In this document: in pieces, positions 12,205-26,915 of the stretch | Layout: each line of letters starts with the position of its first letter | Numbering within the stretch: the stretch's first letter is position 1 | NCBI GenBank assembly: GCA_964016885.1 | Contig: OZ024741.1 | Span: forward strand, 102,920,001 to 102,984,000 | Reading direction: 5' to 3' | Length of the DNA: 64,000 nucleotides | Source: Eledone cirrhosa | Lineage: Eukaryota | Position numbers and translations under genes: made by a program | Notes under the pieces: generated by a model | Told to the model about the DNA's origin: nothing | The model's input: only the letters and a program-made list of their open reading frames with translations | The model's database searches: none

Positions 12205-12678
12205 CTTCTGATTTGTTTTGCGGCAAGTGTTTTCTTTTTTTTTTTTTCCTTTTTTTTTTTTTTTTTTCAGTCGCCGAAATAGCTTGTAGTTAGAAAAAGT
12301 TATCTCACTTACCGCTTTTCACAGGCGCCGCTAAATTCCACTGCAGGTACTCCTCTTCCACGTGCGTCCGACTGCTTAACACCGGGAGCTGCCCAAAACT
12401 CGCGTCCACACCGTGTGCTGGTCACCACTAGAGAGAGGCCCTCTGCTGGCCCTTCCGGTCGAGCATCCTTCCGGCCAAAAACCCCTTCCGGTCGAGCACT
12501 CAAAAACCCCTTCCGGTCGGGCACTCCCCCCGCCTCCGGCCACCGCACGCCACACCATACCCACATATTGTACAGACTTATTTAATTACATAATATACAA
12601 TACAATATAATCATTCTATTACCAAAGGTTTCAAGAAACTAGACGATTTTTATAGAAACGTCTAGCTCGTCCGTCTTA

Positions 12679-12735
12679 TTTTATCTGACGAACAGGCAAG
12701 AATCGTTTAGTTTCTTGAAACCCTTGATATTGAAT
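12679..12735 (+). ncRNA. Hammerhead ribozyme (partly decayed) in a PLE fold-back remnant
   Basis: ttttat-CTGACGA-...-GAAA-cccttga-TA-ttgaa; the inverted arm (12580-12648) preserves GAAA-cc-ttt-gg-TA-atagaa. Confidence 0.65.
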
Positions 12736-12763
12736 AATTATATTGTGTTGTTTATTATGTAAT

Positions 12764-12806
<43 letters not shown>

Positions 12807-12895
12807 TATGATTCAGAATAATCGTGAATATAAATCCATATATATGTTTACGTATATTAAGCAATGCATTTATTCGAGGTGACATGGCAATAGAT

Positions 12896-12937
<42 letters not shown>

Positions 12938-12955
12938 AGAGAGAGAGAGCGAGAG

Positions 12956-13008
<53 letters not shown>

Positions 13009-14015
13009 GATTGTACAATAGTCAATCTTTACAAATAATAAACGAAACAATTATTTAAACAAATCTTTCTGCTCGTTGTTGTTTTTCATTGAATAGAAAT
13101 GATGTATATGAGAAGACAGAAATGAGTGAAATTCGTTTTGTGTGTGTGTTGGGGGCGGGGCATGCGCGTGTGGGGGGGGGGGCTGACATGTGTGAGTATG
13201 TGTGCGTGTTTGTATTTGTATGTTTTGTTTTTACCTAAGGTCCATTAATGACTTAACTGAAATATTTTCTAATTAAGAGAAGAGGAGAAATTTGTGAAAT
13301 ATAACCCGCATCACATGGAATATTCTAGAATGATAATCTAAAATGTCATTTCATATCATAAATCGGACGAAAATGTAACTATATACGAAAAATTAGTAAT
13401 AGAAAAATTAGAATTAACAATCAAATTTCCAAATTACACCGAGTAACTTTTAAAAAATGACAAACATGGATAAAGTACTATTTAGTACATTATCTCTAAA
13501 CGTATGGCGTGGTAGGCACAACTGGAATGCCTTTCATTATATGCCTGCTCTTTCAAGAGTTTATTGCTCCTGAACATAATATAATAGTCATAATATCACA
13601 GTCATGCTCTTGTATAAATCTTGTATGTAAAAAGTTATACTTCTATCTTTAAGTCAAAACTCGTATTCATTTTCATATATGTACAAACAGAAAGAGAAAA
13701 ATAATAAAGAAATTCATAAGAAAGAAGGATAGGAATGGAGGAGGCAGACTCTACATCCTTAGCTGCGTGGTATATTTCAGCTATGCCCACAGACAAGATA
13801 GCGAAAGCATTACTGTGGATACCCGCTGCATCTCACCTTATAGAGTTCCTTCCTCGGCCAGATTCCCTCCTCCCGACACAAACTGAGAGAGAGAGGGGGA
13901 TATATATATTTTCATAATTCTTCGGCTCTGTTTAATTACATTGAGCTATACCTTTTACTGTCATTTCTATAATACGAAGAGGGTGTTTAACTCCAACACG
14001 CTCCAGTATTTTAAT

Positions 14016-14134
<119 letters not shown>

Positions 14135-14814
14135 TACAGACTTGTATAAACATATGCAAACATACATACACATTAGTGTTTTAGTAAAACTAATAAATAA
14201 AAACCTTTTGGCTCAGAAGATTTACTGCTATCTTGACACATGTTTGTATGTATATACATATATATAATGTGCTTGTGTGTTTGTGATAGACATAAGGAAG
14301 AGCACTGTAGAGCAAACGGTATTTTCTTTGTTGCTGAAGTCAACTTCTAAAAGTTATGCATTTCTATTTCCGAATGTGACGTCACATTAAAAATAATGTT
14401 TCTAAAACCAAATTTATTTTTCGTCTTATTTTCTTTTATATTTTTATTCTGTTTTACATTATCTCATGTTAAAATTTCTTCTACTTTTGTTTTATGTTCT
14501 CTTTCTGTTTGGAGTTACCTTAGTAAACGTATTACATTGTATTTTTAATCATTATTATTGCTGTTATTATTATTTGCTATATAAATGTATTTCATTTGTA
14601 CTTATTCCTCGTTTATCACTTGTGTTTGATGTCACGTTTTTTGAAGATCTCGCCGTATTTTTGTTATCAAAGACAGATTCCTGGAGACAAGCTAGTTCTG
14701 AAGACGTTAGTCTCTAGAAACTAATCTTCCACACAATGTGTAGCCATCTAAACAACTAAACATTCTTCAAGTCTTTGTCTTTTCTTATAGTTAATATATA
14801 TATACATATATACA

Positions 14815-14880
<66 letters not shown>

Positions 14881-14881
14881 C

Positions 14882-14944
<63 letters not shown>

Positions 14945-15291
14945 TATGTGTTTTCTTGTAGCTAGAATAATTATAAGTTTCTCTGGAAAGAAAATAAGAA
15001 TAAGTCATGCTTTCATTAAATCTTCGAAACGGAAAAAAGGTTTTTTACTTATTTATATTATGGCTAAAATACTTATATGTGTATGATTATATATGTATCT
15101 GCATAGATGTGTGGGTGTGTGTAAGTAAATATGTGTGTTATGTGCCTACGTATGTAATTGGGTTTATCCAAGTCTAGCTAAATTCTATATCAACATGTTT
15201 GTCTATCTTTCCTTCTTTTACGTATATTTACCACTGTCTTTATACATATATATATATATATACTCTTCTACCTATACACACACACATGCAT

Positions 15292-15403
<112 letters not shown>

Positions 15404-17173
15404 TTATATATATATATATACTTATATATATATATATATATAAGTAAGTAAAAGGTATGTATCAATTCAAGCCGGGAATCTCATTAAATTCTGGAATTAT
15501 CATGTGTGTCAGCCCCCGAAGCGACGTTTGATATTGAACTGCTTTATGTATTGAACTTACTGGCCCACACCATCAATGACATCATATCATCTTCAATTAC
15601 ACCTGTCACATTATACATATATGCATTATACATTACACACACACACACACACAGACACACACACACGCGCGCACCACCCCCCACACACACACCCACACAC
15701 ACATTCAACTTCTCCATGTACAAAATCAATGACAGCACATTACCTTCAATTACACTTGTCACCTTATATTGTCCACTTTGACTTTAACTATTAAGAGACA
15801 CACAGATTACTACCATGAAGTATTAATAATAGTTTCTAATTTAGGCACAAGGCCATCAATTTGGAACTGGTAAATCGATAAAATCGTGCTCAGTACATCA
15901 CTGGCACTTTATTTTATAGACCTCAGAAAGGCGAAAGGCAAATTGACCCCAGAGGTATTTTAGGTCGGAACATAACTTAATGCCGCAAAGTATATTGACC
16001 GATGTTCTACCAATTTTGCCAATCCAGCGCCCTCTGGCAGCTTTTGGATGACGGATTGGCAGAATTGTTAGAGCGTCAGACAAAATACTTTGCAGTATTT
16101 GTTCTGGATCTTTACATTTTCAGTTTTAAATCCGGTCAAGGTCAATTTACCTATTATCCTTCCGGATTCGATAAAATAAGGCTCCAGTCAATTACAATAG
16201 TCGATTTAATGAAGTTACCCATCCATACCCAAATTGCCGTATTTTTCATGATATACAATAGATATGATTTCAAATAATTTTTTAAATAATCAAAAATTTA
16301 GACGGATTTAATTAAATAACTAACTTTATCATTATTAAGCTAGTGTTTATAACAAACATTTTAAAATAAAACAGTTTTGTATTGTAGAAATAGTTGCGAT
16401 TTTAGGCGTTATTTTTGGTATTAACATTGTTAGCCCCTATATCAGTCCTGATGAAGCAGTTTCTATGAGTATCTAAAACGTTAAAGTCTGTCCCAAAATC
16501 AGATGCTGGTCAGGTCAGAGGTCGAGCTTATTCTCTCTTTTTTAACGTTAAGCTACTGATGAGACAAGACATTTCTCCTCACATGACAGGTCGGTGCATT
16601 GTTGAACTCCAGCTGAGTGGGCTGGAGCAACAGAACAGCCTACCCATGAAATTAACGGGTAAGTAGCTAAACAACCTACAGACATGTGTACCCTCAACGT
16701 AAGGCCCAGGGAGATTCAACGTGACACAGTGTGTTTGACAGGGTTCACCCTTTGATTTGCAAGTACGCCTCGTGTTTCTCCAACTGAATGAACAAGATTA
16801 ACATGAAATAAAGTGTCTTGTTCAAGGACACAACACACCACGTAGTCTCGGCAAAGAAACACACGACCTTACCTCCATGGGTCTTAACCCTAAATACAAG
16901 GTCGCGCATCTTTACATGAGAATTTAAGACTGAACTATATATTTGGGGCTATAATACTGTAATTTTGCTGCTCTGGTTGAATGACCACGTAGAGGTTTTG
17001 TTGTTAGCTCGTTTACGGTTAACTCTGAATAAAAAATATTTTCCACTGAAGGATATAAAACCAAACCAGTTCCAGGCATATATAAACCCATATACAATAT
17101 GTGCAAATGATTCTTACACATGCACACACACATATATATATATATATACACATGTATATATATATATATACAC

Positions 17174-17259
<86 letters not shown>

Positions 17260-17291
17260 AGATCAAAAGATGGTTAAAGGAGTTCAATATA

Positions 17292-17358
17292 TTTTATTAT
17301 GCGCATTTCAAAAACAAACATCATCAAACAATAATATTTGTGTTTTCATCAGATAAAA
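17292..17358 (-). ncRNA. Hammerhead ribozyme of PLE 1 (sense copy)
   Basis: ttttat-CTGATGA-aaacacaaatattatt...gatgatgtttgtttt-t-GAAA-tgcgca-TA-ataaaa. Confidence 0.85.
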
Positions 17359-18598
17359 CAGGAGAACATGATATGAAGGCTAAAAAAACACTTGTTGATA
17401 GTGCAGTTTTAAATCAACATATGAAAAGTGGTTTTAGATTGATGTGTGATATTGGGAAAAATATTTTATTTAGAGAGGGGGGGAGAGAAAAGGATGAAAA
17501 GGGAAGGAGATGAGAGGGAGAGATGGGTGATAGAGAGAAAGAGATAGTTTTTATAACTGAGAGGAGATATATTTTATATAGAGGGGTTGAAAACCGTTGG
17601 AAGATACTGTATAAATTAAAAATTTTGAAAATTAACGAAGGGAGGATATGTGCGAGGAAAAAATATATTATATTTAGGGAGGGGTGGGGGTGGAAAGGAT
17701 GAAAAAAAAGGGGAGGAGATGAGAGTGAAGGTGGAAAGGGAGAGATGGGTGATAGAGAGAAAGAGATAGTTTTTATAACTGAGAAAAAGATATAATGTTT
17801 TAATATAGAGAGGTTGGGAACCGTTGGAAGATAATGTATAAATTAAAGGAATTTGAAAATTAACGAAGGGAAATTATGTATGGAGATAGAGAGAAAAAAA
17901 TAACGAAGGGAAATTATGTATGGAGATAGAGAGAAAAAAATAATAATTGTGGGTGAATATTCTAACGTCAAAAGGAGAAATGTAGGAATTTTAAAATTAG
18001 CAAAGAGAAAAAGTTTATGTGTAGAAGGATTTGAGAAAAATAATGTGAAGTTAAAGTTTTTATATTGAATTCATATGTATTAATAATGAGTTCGTTGATG
18101 GGGAGAAAAAAATAATAATAAATTAAGGATGAAATTGAGATTAAAAAGATTTATGATAGAGAGAAAAAATAATAATGATTGCGGATGAATACTCCAAATG
18201 TCAAAAACAAATGTTATTGTTTTACGAGGAGATATAATGAGGGTGATGAGTAAACGGGTATTATAGAGTGTATAATGCCCTTTAAAGTAAGGTAGATGGG
18301 TATATTTTAAAGAATATATGAGTATATATTAAAAAAAATATATAATAATAAATTAAGGATGAAATTGAGATTAAAAAGATTTATGATAGAGAGAAAAAAT
18401 AATAATGATTGCGGATGAATATTCAAAATGTAAAAAACAAATGTTATTGTTTTACGAGAAGATAGGATGAGGGAAATGAGTAAACGAGTATTATAGAGTG
18501 TATAATGCCCTTTAAAGTAAGGTAGATGGGTATATTTTAAAGAGGTGTATGTATATGTGCCTTTGAGAAAAGATTCTAAATTGATAAAGAATTGAATA

Positions 18599-20445
18599 TT
18601 AACTGTATACTTTGTGAAAAGTTCTATGGAATTTATGCAGGCAGATGGAAAACAAATCCGAGCGTCTATTTATTATGGATTCTAGGTTAGAGATAATGGT
18701 AAATTTTTCATTTAGGCAGAGATTACAGATTTTAGATAGAGAGCTGTTCAAGTACGAGGATGCAGAAGAAATCTTTTTCCAAAAGATGTTATATTTAATG
18801 TTTTTGTCTTTTAAGGACCATATGAGTTCTGAGAGAGCAGTGTTAGTTCTTTTAAGTTTGTATTTGAAAGATGAATGATGATTATAGAGACGAGCTTTAA
18901 AAGAGGTGGAAGTGGAGCCAAAATAGGTGAAGGAATTGGTGCTAGTTATAATTTTACATTCATAAATTAAGTTTTTATCGAGGCAATGGTTGTTGAGAGG
19001 ACATTTATTTTTAATGCGGCAGTTGCAATTAGAGAGATTATTAATGAGTGATCTAGTGTTATCTATAGAAGGAATTGGATTGGAGAAGTTGTTTGCGATA
19101 GGAATAATAGGAATAATAGTTTCTTGATTTAGAGTTGGATTATGAACATTTAGCGAAGTTGTGTTTGACGTTGCATTTGGGTTTACAGAAGTTAGCCTAG
19201 GGTTTACAATGACGTCAGGAGTACTATTATTGTTATTATGAGATTCAATATTGGAAGGAAGAGATTTAGTATTTAATACTTTGTTGTTGTGTTTAGAGAT
19301 GATGTTGGAAATATTGGAGGATGTAGAATACGAAAATTTGATGGTGTGTTTGTTAAATATTTTACTATAGATATGTGAGGGAGGGAAGCATTTATTTAAG
19401 GCACTAAAAAATAATTTAGGAATATTGTTATTAATAGAGATGGAGAAAGGAGCATTATACCAGATTATGTTTTTGTATCTAGGTCTTTTATTAAAATTAT
19501 TGGAATGGTTATGATTAAATATTCTACTGTAAGTTTTCCTAGAATTTGTTTCTTTATTATATTTGATTTTATCTGGATAGCCGGCTTTAGAAAGTGCTTT
19601 ATTATAGTAATTGGCGTTAGCATCAAAGATGTTTTTATTAGAAGATATGTTAGATATTCTATTTCCAATATTATTAACTATAGCATTCTTGATATTGGTA
19701 GGATGGTTAGATTTAAAGTTAACATAATTAAGATTCTCATTGTTTTTATGGTAAGGGTAATATAGGCCAGTGTCAAGATTAAGAGATACATCCAAGAAAT
19801 TAGCTAGTTTGGTACTATTATCAAATTCAATTTTTAGGTTATGTTGGTTAAAGAGATTACGTATATTGTTCTTAGTAATATTAAGTTTAACTATATTGCA
19901 ATTTAGGATAGTAAAGAGTCCATCGTCACGATAAATTCCACCGCGAAGTTGAGGAATTTTCCGACTCAAAGAGTTCAAAATGAAGATACCAATTAAATCA
20001 GTCAATTGGGATGAATCGGATGCTCCCATTGTGATGTCGAAGTTGTTAGAGGTATCGGCTCTGGTCCAATATTCGTTGTTGAACTCTAGGATGGTTTTAC
20101 GTGCGGTGAGGATGATGTGAAGTTCATCTGTGGTGATGTCAGAATATTTAAGTGCGAAAGATAGAGCATTATTGAGAAGTGAAGGCGAAATGGAGGAATA
20201 GTAGCTGGCAATATCGAATTGAATAAATTTTAGTTTGTTTTTATTATCCAATTTGTTGAACCAGCCAATCACTTCAGAAGTACCAAACCATAAATTTAGG
20301 TTTAAAGAAGAGCAATTAGAACTAACCTGTGGGATAATCCTATCCAAGATGGCTTTACTAACAACCCCCAGATCAGATTTAGAGGGGGCGATTAATCTAA
20401 CAGGTAGTTCAGTGCGAAAATTGTTTTTGTGATCTTTGAGATTTA
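18599..20445 (-). CDS. PLE RT + zinc finger + GIY-YIG endonuclease (N-terminally truncated, otherwise open)
   Basis: QFDIASYYSSI, FDITMGASDS, GIYRDDGL, FLDV, CNCRx4CPLx3CL, LIYEC...TYFGST, FKARLYNH, CNLCLNE...NRRSDLFSICLH; frame extends upstream of 20347 (KDHKNNF...RLIAPSKSDLG) to the inversion junction. Confidence 0.9.
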
Positions 20446-21074
20446 TCCTACATTTCTCCTTTTGACGTTAGAATATTCACCCACAATTATTATTTTTTTC
20501 TCTCTATCTCCATACATAATTTCCCTTCGTTATTTTTTTCTCTCTATCTCCATACATAATTTCCCTTCGTTAATTTTCAAATTCCTTTAATTTATACATT
20601 ATCTTCCAACGGTTCCCAACCTCTCTATATTAAAACATTATATCTTTTTCTCAGTTATAAAAACTATCTCTTTCTCTCTATCACCCATCTCTCCCTTTCC
20701 ACCTTCACTCTCATCTCCTCCCCTTTTTTTTCATCCTTTCCACCCCCACCCCTCCCTAAATATAATATATTTTTTCCTCGCACATATCCTCCCTTCGTTA
20801 ATTTTCAAAATTTTTAATTTATACAGTATCTTCCAACGGTTTTCAACCCCTCTATATAAAATATATCTCCTCTCAGTTATAAAAACTATCTCTTTCTCTC
20901 TATCACCCATCTCTCCCTCTCATCTCCTTCCCTTTTCATCCTTTTCTCTCCCCCCCTCTCTAAATAAAATATTTTTCCCAATATCACACATCAATCTAAA
21001 ACCACTTTTCATATGTTGATTTAAAACTGCACTATCAACAAGTGTTTTTTTAGCCTTCATATCATGTTCTCCTG

Positions 21075-21141
21075 TTTTATCTGATGAAAACACAAATATT
21101 ATTGTTTGATGATGTTTGTTTTTGAAATGCGCATAATAAAA
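21075..21141 (+). ncRNA. Hammerhead ribozyme of PLE 1 (inverted copy)
   Basis: Identical motif; CTGATGA 21081-21087, GAAA 21124-21127, palindromic TGCGCA. Confidence 0.85.
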
Positions 21142-21317
21142 TATATTGAACTCCTTTAACCATCTTTTGATCTTATATTATGCATACTCCAGTCCCACAA
21201 ACTGTAGAGTGCTTCTTATCCGATATCTGCATTGCTTTATTGTACTACAATAAAACTCACCTCCTATATATATATATATATATACGCCCACACAGATACA
21301 CAGAAACACATATAATC

Positions 21318-21354
<37 letters not shown>

Positions 21355-22239
21355 AGAAGTAGACGAAGTCGTATACATCTATAAGCTTCTCCTCTTGTAC
21401 ACCTTATCTGTCACTTTCTTTGCACTTCCTCTCTCTCACTCTTTCTCTCTCTCCTCTCTCTCCACATATATATATATAAAACTCTTCATGGGTATCTATC
21501 TATTTCCCTTTAATCCACACCTCATTATAATTCTTACTTTACACATAATATATTAATAGCCAGACAAAGGTGTAAAATTCCCATGTGTATTCTTTTAAAC
21601 AAGAATATATTTCGAAAATATATCGATAAAACAAATATCAAATTTGAAATTCGAATTACTGGGGTCGATTACATATAATCGACTAAATCCATTTAAGTTG
21701 GTGGACCTGCATAGCGGCTGCCTAATGACTGAAACTAGTAAAGAATAAATAAAACGAATAAGATAAGGAATATCTAAAAATGCTGGATGCTCAGTGACAT
21801 TTATTGATTGGGCGTTATAACTTGCCGAGATTATACGACCACTGACTGCCCAAATATAAGTGGATGTTCACATTTTCTTATCAAGGATAGAAATTTCTTG
21901 ATCACATTAAAATACTTAGCTCTGATGGTCAAGTTCACCTAACTCTCTATATTTTTTATGAACCTCTTTGATCACTATTAATCATTAGTTCATATTTGTT
22001 TCTCTCCGTGGTACAAACCTGGACATGTTGCTTTGCAGAAGACCCGCAGTCACCCGTGTATGCAAGTATCCTCTTTCTGCGCTACCCACTGTGTCATGGT
22101 TAGAGACAAGGGCCGATACAGCTTGATTTCAGTGTCGTCGTAACTCATATATCTATTATATACTCTATGTATACTATGTATACACTATATATAAACTATA
22201 TATACACGATATTTAAACAATATATATTCTATATATGCA

Positions 22240-22374
<135 letters not shown>

Positions 22375-22402
22375 CGAGTGAAAGTAAGAGGGAGAGTATA
22401 TA

Positions 22403-23117
22403 TGAGTGAAAGTAAGAGGGAGAAGGAGAGAGAAGGGGGAGAGAGAAAGAGGATAGCAGTAAGGGAAGAGAAAAAAGACAGGTCACAGCGAAGGGGAAAG
22501 CATATATGAATTTAAAAAATGGCGAGCTGTGTTGTTGCAATTAAGTATAATAAATGAAGAATTAGAAATAGAAGTTGGGAATATCTGTCATCAGTTGTCT
22601 ACTAGCCATCATAGGTATTTCTTCGCATTACAGACAATATACCTCCAGCTAGGGTGATACAATAACTAAAATAAGTTATTGGGATAAAAAGAGTTGGGTG
22701 GAGAAAGAGAGACATGTAAACAAACACGAATGGTGAGGCAACGTAAAGAGAAGAAAAAATAGAAAAATCAAGTCAATAATTCATTTCGAACATAAGAACG
22801 GGCAAATATTGACGAGATGTGAGCGAGGAAAAGGATCTCGTACGATGTGGGACGAAGGTGGAAGTGAGAGAGAGGGTGAGTATCAGAGAGTGAGTGAGTG
22901 AAAGTGCGAGGAAGAGGCTAGCCGAGAGAGGGTGACTAGCAGAGGGGGTGAGTGAAAGTAAGAGGGAGACGGAGAGAGAAGGGGGAGAGAGAAAGAGGAT
23001 AGCAGTAAGGAAAGAGAAAAAGACAGGTCACAGCGAAGGGGAAAGCATATATGAATAAAAAATGGCGAGTTGTGTTGTTGCATTTAAGTATAATAAATGA
23101 AGAATTAGAAATAGAAG

Positions 23118-23119
<2 letters not shown>
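22403..23119. repeat. ~170-bp direct repeats (22403-22576 and 22949-23119) in a purine-rich insert between (TA)n tracts
   Basis: Near-identical 'tgagtgaaagtaagagggaga...gaattagaaatagaagtt' blocks; probably a PLE-type terminal remnant. Confidence 0.75.
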
Positions 23120-24042
<923 letters not shown>

Positions 24043-24897
24043 ATAAATTCACTGTGCACGCACAATATATTATGTTGTCAAAGGGAAAGAAAAAGACTTG
24101 ATTCATATTTTAATGATGTAGAAAATTTTAATGTGTGAGTTTAAATTTTCCAGAGGTCTTCATTAGGGTGCCAGTCTGACCGTAGTTAGTTCTAAAATAC
24201 TTGATTCATTCCATTAAATATTCTCAGGAATGATTTTCCTTAACAGTTATTAGTTTTTAAGTGGAACTTTATAACCTAAACGAAGTTTTTCAAAGAATGT
24301 TAGATCATTCACTAAAACCTTTCATTATACCGTCAATATCACAGAGAATTGTAACTCTCATAAGAGTAGCTGCTGAAAAATAGATCTTCGTCGTTTGAAA
24401 TGATAACACCAATGCTATTTGAACATCCGTCGGTTCCGACAACGAGTATTCTAGTTGTGTGATCAACGGAACAATCTGCTAGTGAAATTAACGTATAATT
24501 GACTGAACACTCCACAAGCACGTGTATCCTTAACATGTTTCTCGTGGAGACAAGACTCAGCGTAACACAGTGTGCGTGTTTGAATTACAGGTGCAACTCA
24601 TTTTTTCCTACTGAGTGAACTGGAGCAATGTAAAATAAAATGTCTTGCTCAAGGACATAACGCGCATTCAGGAATCGGACTCCAATTTTACAATCGTGAA
24701 CCAAGCATCCTAAGCCCTAAACTTCCACAATGATGCTAATGAAAGAAGAAGAATATGGCTAAAATATAAAAGAAAAAGAAAATTAGAACTACTTTTATAA
24801 TAGTAAATCTAATCTAATTAGAACTATTATCAAAGGTTACATTTCATTTTTCCATACTATATCTAAGACTACATTATCCTCTGTGTCCTTCCCGTTT

Positions 24898-25127
24898 TTA
24901 ACCCTTTTGATAACAATCCTTCTGCAACCACGCCTGATTCTAGGATACAAAACTGTTTATTTTTTAATGTTTATATTTATATAAAATATTTCTAACATAA
25001 TTTTAAATTAAAATCCTTGTTCAAAACACCGGCTTAACAGTAAGAAATTTAGTTATATTACTCATTCCCTCCCAATGTAAATTCATACATAATGTCCTTC
25101 TTGGGAATATGGTAATCTTAGGGTTAA
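24898..25127. mobile_element. Possible piggyBac-type MITE
   Basis: TTAA-CCC...GGG-TTAA ends with weak TIR similarity; related sequence at ~27780-27900. Confidence 0.45.
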
Positions 25128-25662
25128 TAAGGCGGGTTGTGAATAAGAAATGTAAGCTCTATTGTATTGGGAAATTCTACAGCTTCCACCAATTTATTTC
25201 AGTTCTGAAGAAGAGATATGAGCTGATATAGTTTCATACTTGTTTTTAAATATATTTCATCAAAATTAGTTTTTCTCAGTAAATACCTGGTCAACATTTG
25301 ATCGCATCAAGAAAGAAATAACCAGGATGTTCTGTTCTTGGTGTCGTTATTATTGTTGATGTTATCTTATCAATTCTAAATCTTAGCCGTTGTTAATCTG
25401 TAAGGCAGTCGCAAATTATATAATGTACATATTCGTTTTCTCCAAAGGTCTGTGCCTATACAGTCTTATAATACTTATATTAAAATAGAAGACAATAATA
25501 TACTTATGTGCGCGCGCACTATTGGTTAGATTTAGTTGATTTATTGGAAGATCAGTATTGATATGTGTAATGTATACATGTGAAGAATCAATAATATTCC
25601 AGCAGATTACAAATATTAAGTGTGGAATGTCATTGGTAAAACATTTAATATACACGCATACA

Positions 25663-25787
<125 letters not shown>

Positions 25788-25792
25788 ACACA

Positions 25793-25851
<59 letters not shown>

Positions 25852-26539
25852 GAAAAGTATAGAAATTATTATGAGCAAGAAGCACATAGTATTTCATAAT
25901 ATATAAGTGACTATAGCGTCAAAATGGGAAAATAGTTAACGTAAGATGTGGGAAAAATAATTCAAACTCAATTCAAAAAGAATCAGGATATAGATTCATC
26001 CAACAGAATTTAGTGAAATCCAGGGAAAAATCAATAGAGCCTTAACTCATGATAAAATAAAGTTTAAAATACTCATCTTTCAATTTGGAAAGACTACAAA
26101 TGCTCTGTATAGTCTTGAAAATACTATTTCACGAAACTTTCAGTGGGGATGGTTACGGTTGGATTCGATATATATATATATATATACATATATATATAAT
26201 ATATATTTATATATATATATCCACAAATACATGCTCGCACGCACGTCGAAAGTAGTTAATTATAATGTTGAATATTTATATATTAAACTGATGAAACGGA
26301 TTAAAAACAGTTCCCATAATGTGAGGCATTAATTAGCAATTATGGTTAATGAACAATGAAAATGTGTGAAATGAGAATATCATTAATTGTGAAGTAGGCA
26401 TAAAAGATGGCGTACACTTGGAATGGCATCCCAGATAGTGTTCACTGGTGATAACTGATGATACAATTTGATGTAGAGGCATGAAATTAATGGGATTTAC
26501 TTATCAATATAAATGAAACAAATAAAGTTCAAATAATAA

Positions 26540-26915
26540 TAATTGTTTCTACTTTTGGTACAAGGCCAACAAACACTCCAGTGTATTACTGGTGCTTATT
26601 TTATCGACTCCGTAAGGATAAAAGGCAAAGTTAACCTCGGCGGGATTTGAACTCAGACTTTAAAGGGGCGTAACTCTATGCTGCAAAGCATGGCGTTCGA
26701 CCCGCTACTGATACTGCCAATCAAAATAATAATAATTGTTTCAACTTTAGGCACAAGGCCAGCAATTGCCCAGTGCATTACTGGTACATTATTTTATCGA
26801 CCCCGTAACGATGAAAGGCAAAGTCAACCTCAGCGGGATTTGAACTCAGATCGTAAAGGGACGTAACTATGCTGGAAAGCATGGCGTCCGACCCTCTACC
26901 GATACTGCGAATCCA
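26540..26915 (-). mobile_element. Two tandem SINE family A copies
   Basis: Both match family A; similar tandem pairs at 28668-29017 and 60017-60373, and single copies at ~29797-29980, 49545-49675 and 61245-61456. Confidence 0.85.

Larger units (their letters stand above)
9094..12565 (-). mobile_element. Ty3/Gypsy LTR retrotransposon, 3'-truncated (5' LTR, gag, pol to mid-integrase)
   Basis: GC-rich island; begins TGTGGG at 12565 on the minus strand; domain order PR-RT-RH-IN; no 3' LTR. Confidence 0.9.
17253..21264 (-). mobile_element. Naiad-like Penelope element 1, 5'-truncated, with ~735-bp inverted terminal repeat
   Basis: 17253-17987 is inverted at 20446-21180, with an extra tail at 21181-21264; (TA)n on both sides; HHR in each arm. 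Confidence 0.9.

Noticed and set aside
9104-12211. Plus-strand ORFs over the Gypsy element, and antisense ORFs over the LINE and PLEs
   Set aside because: Shadow frames of real coding strands, with no recognisable motifs
12300-12430. Gypsy primer-binding site and LTR 3' boundary
   Set aside because: No unambiguous CA-TGG junction, and no second LTR for comparison
14676-14735. CTGAAGA...GAAActaaTC hammerhead-like string
   Set aside because: Stems do not pair convincingly; at most a decayed remnant
17253-21180. DNA transposon (TIR) interpretation of the long inverted repeats
   Set aside because: The enclosed ORF is RT plus GIY-YIG, the arms are 3' UTR copies with HHRs and unequal ends, and there is no transposase
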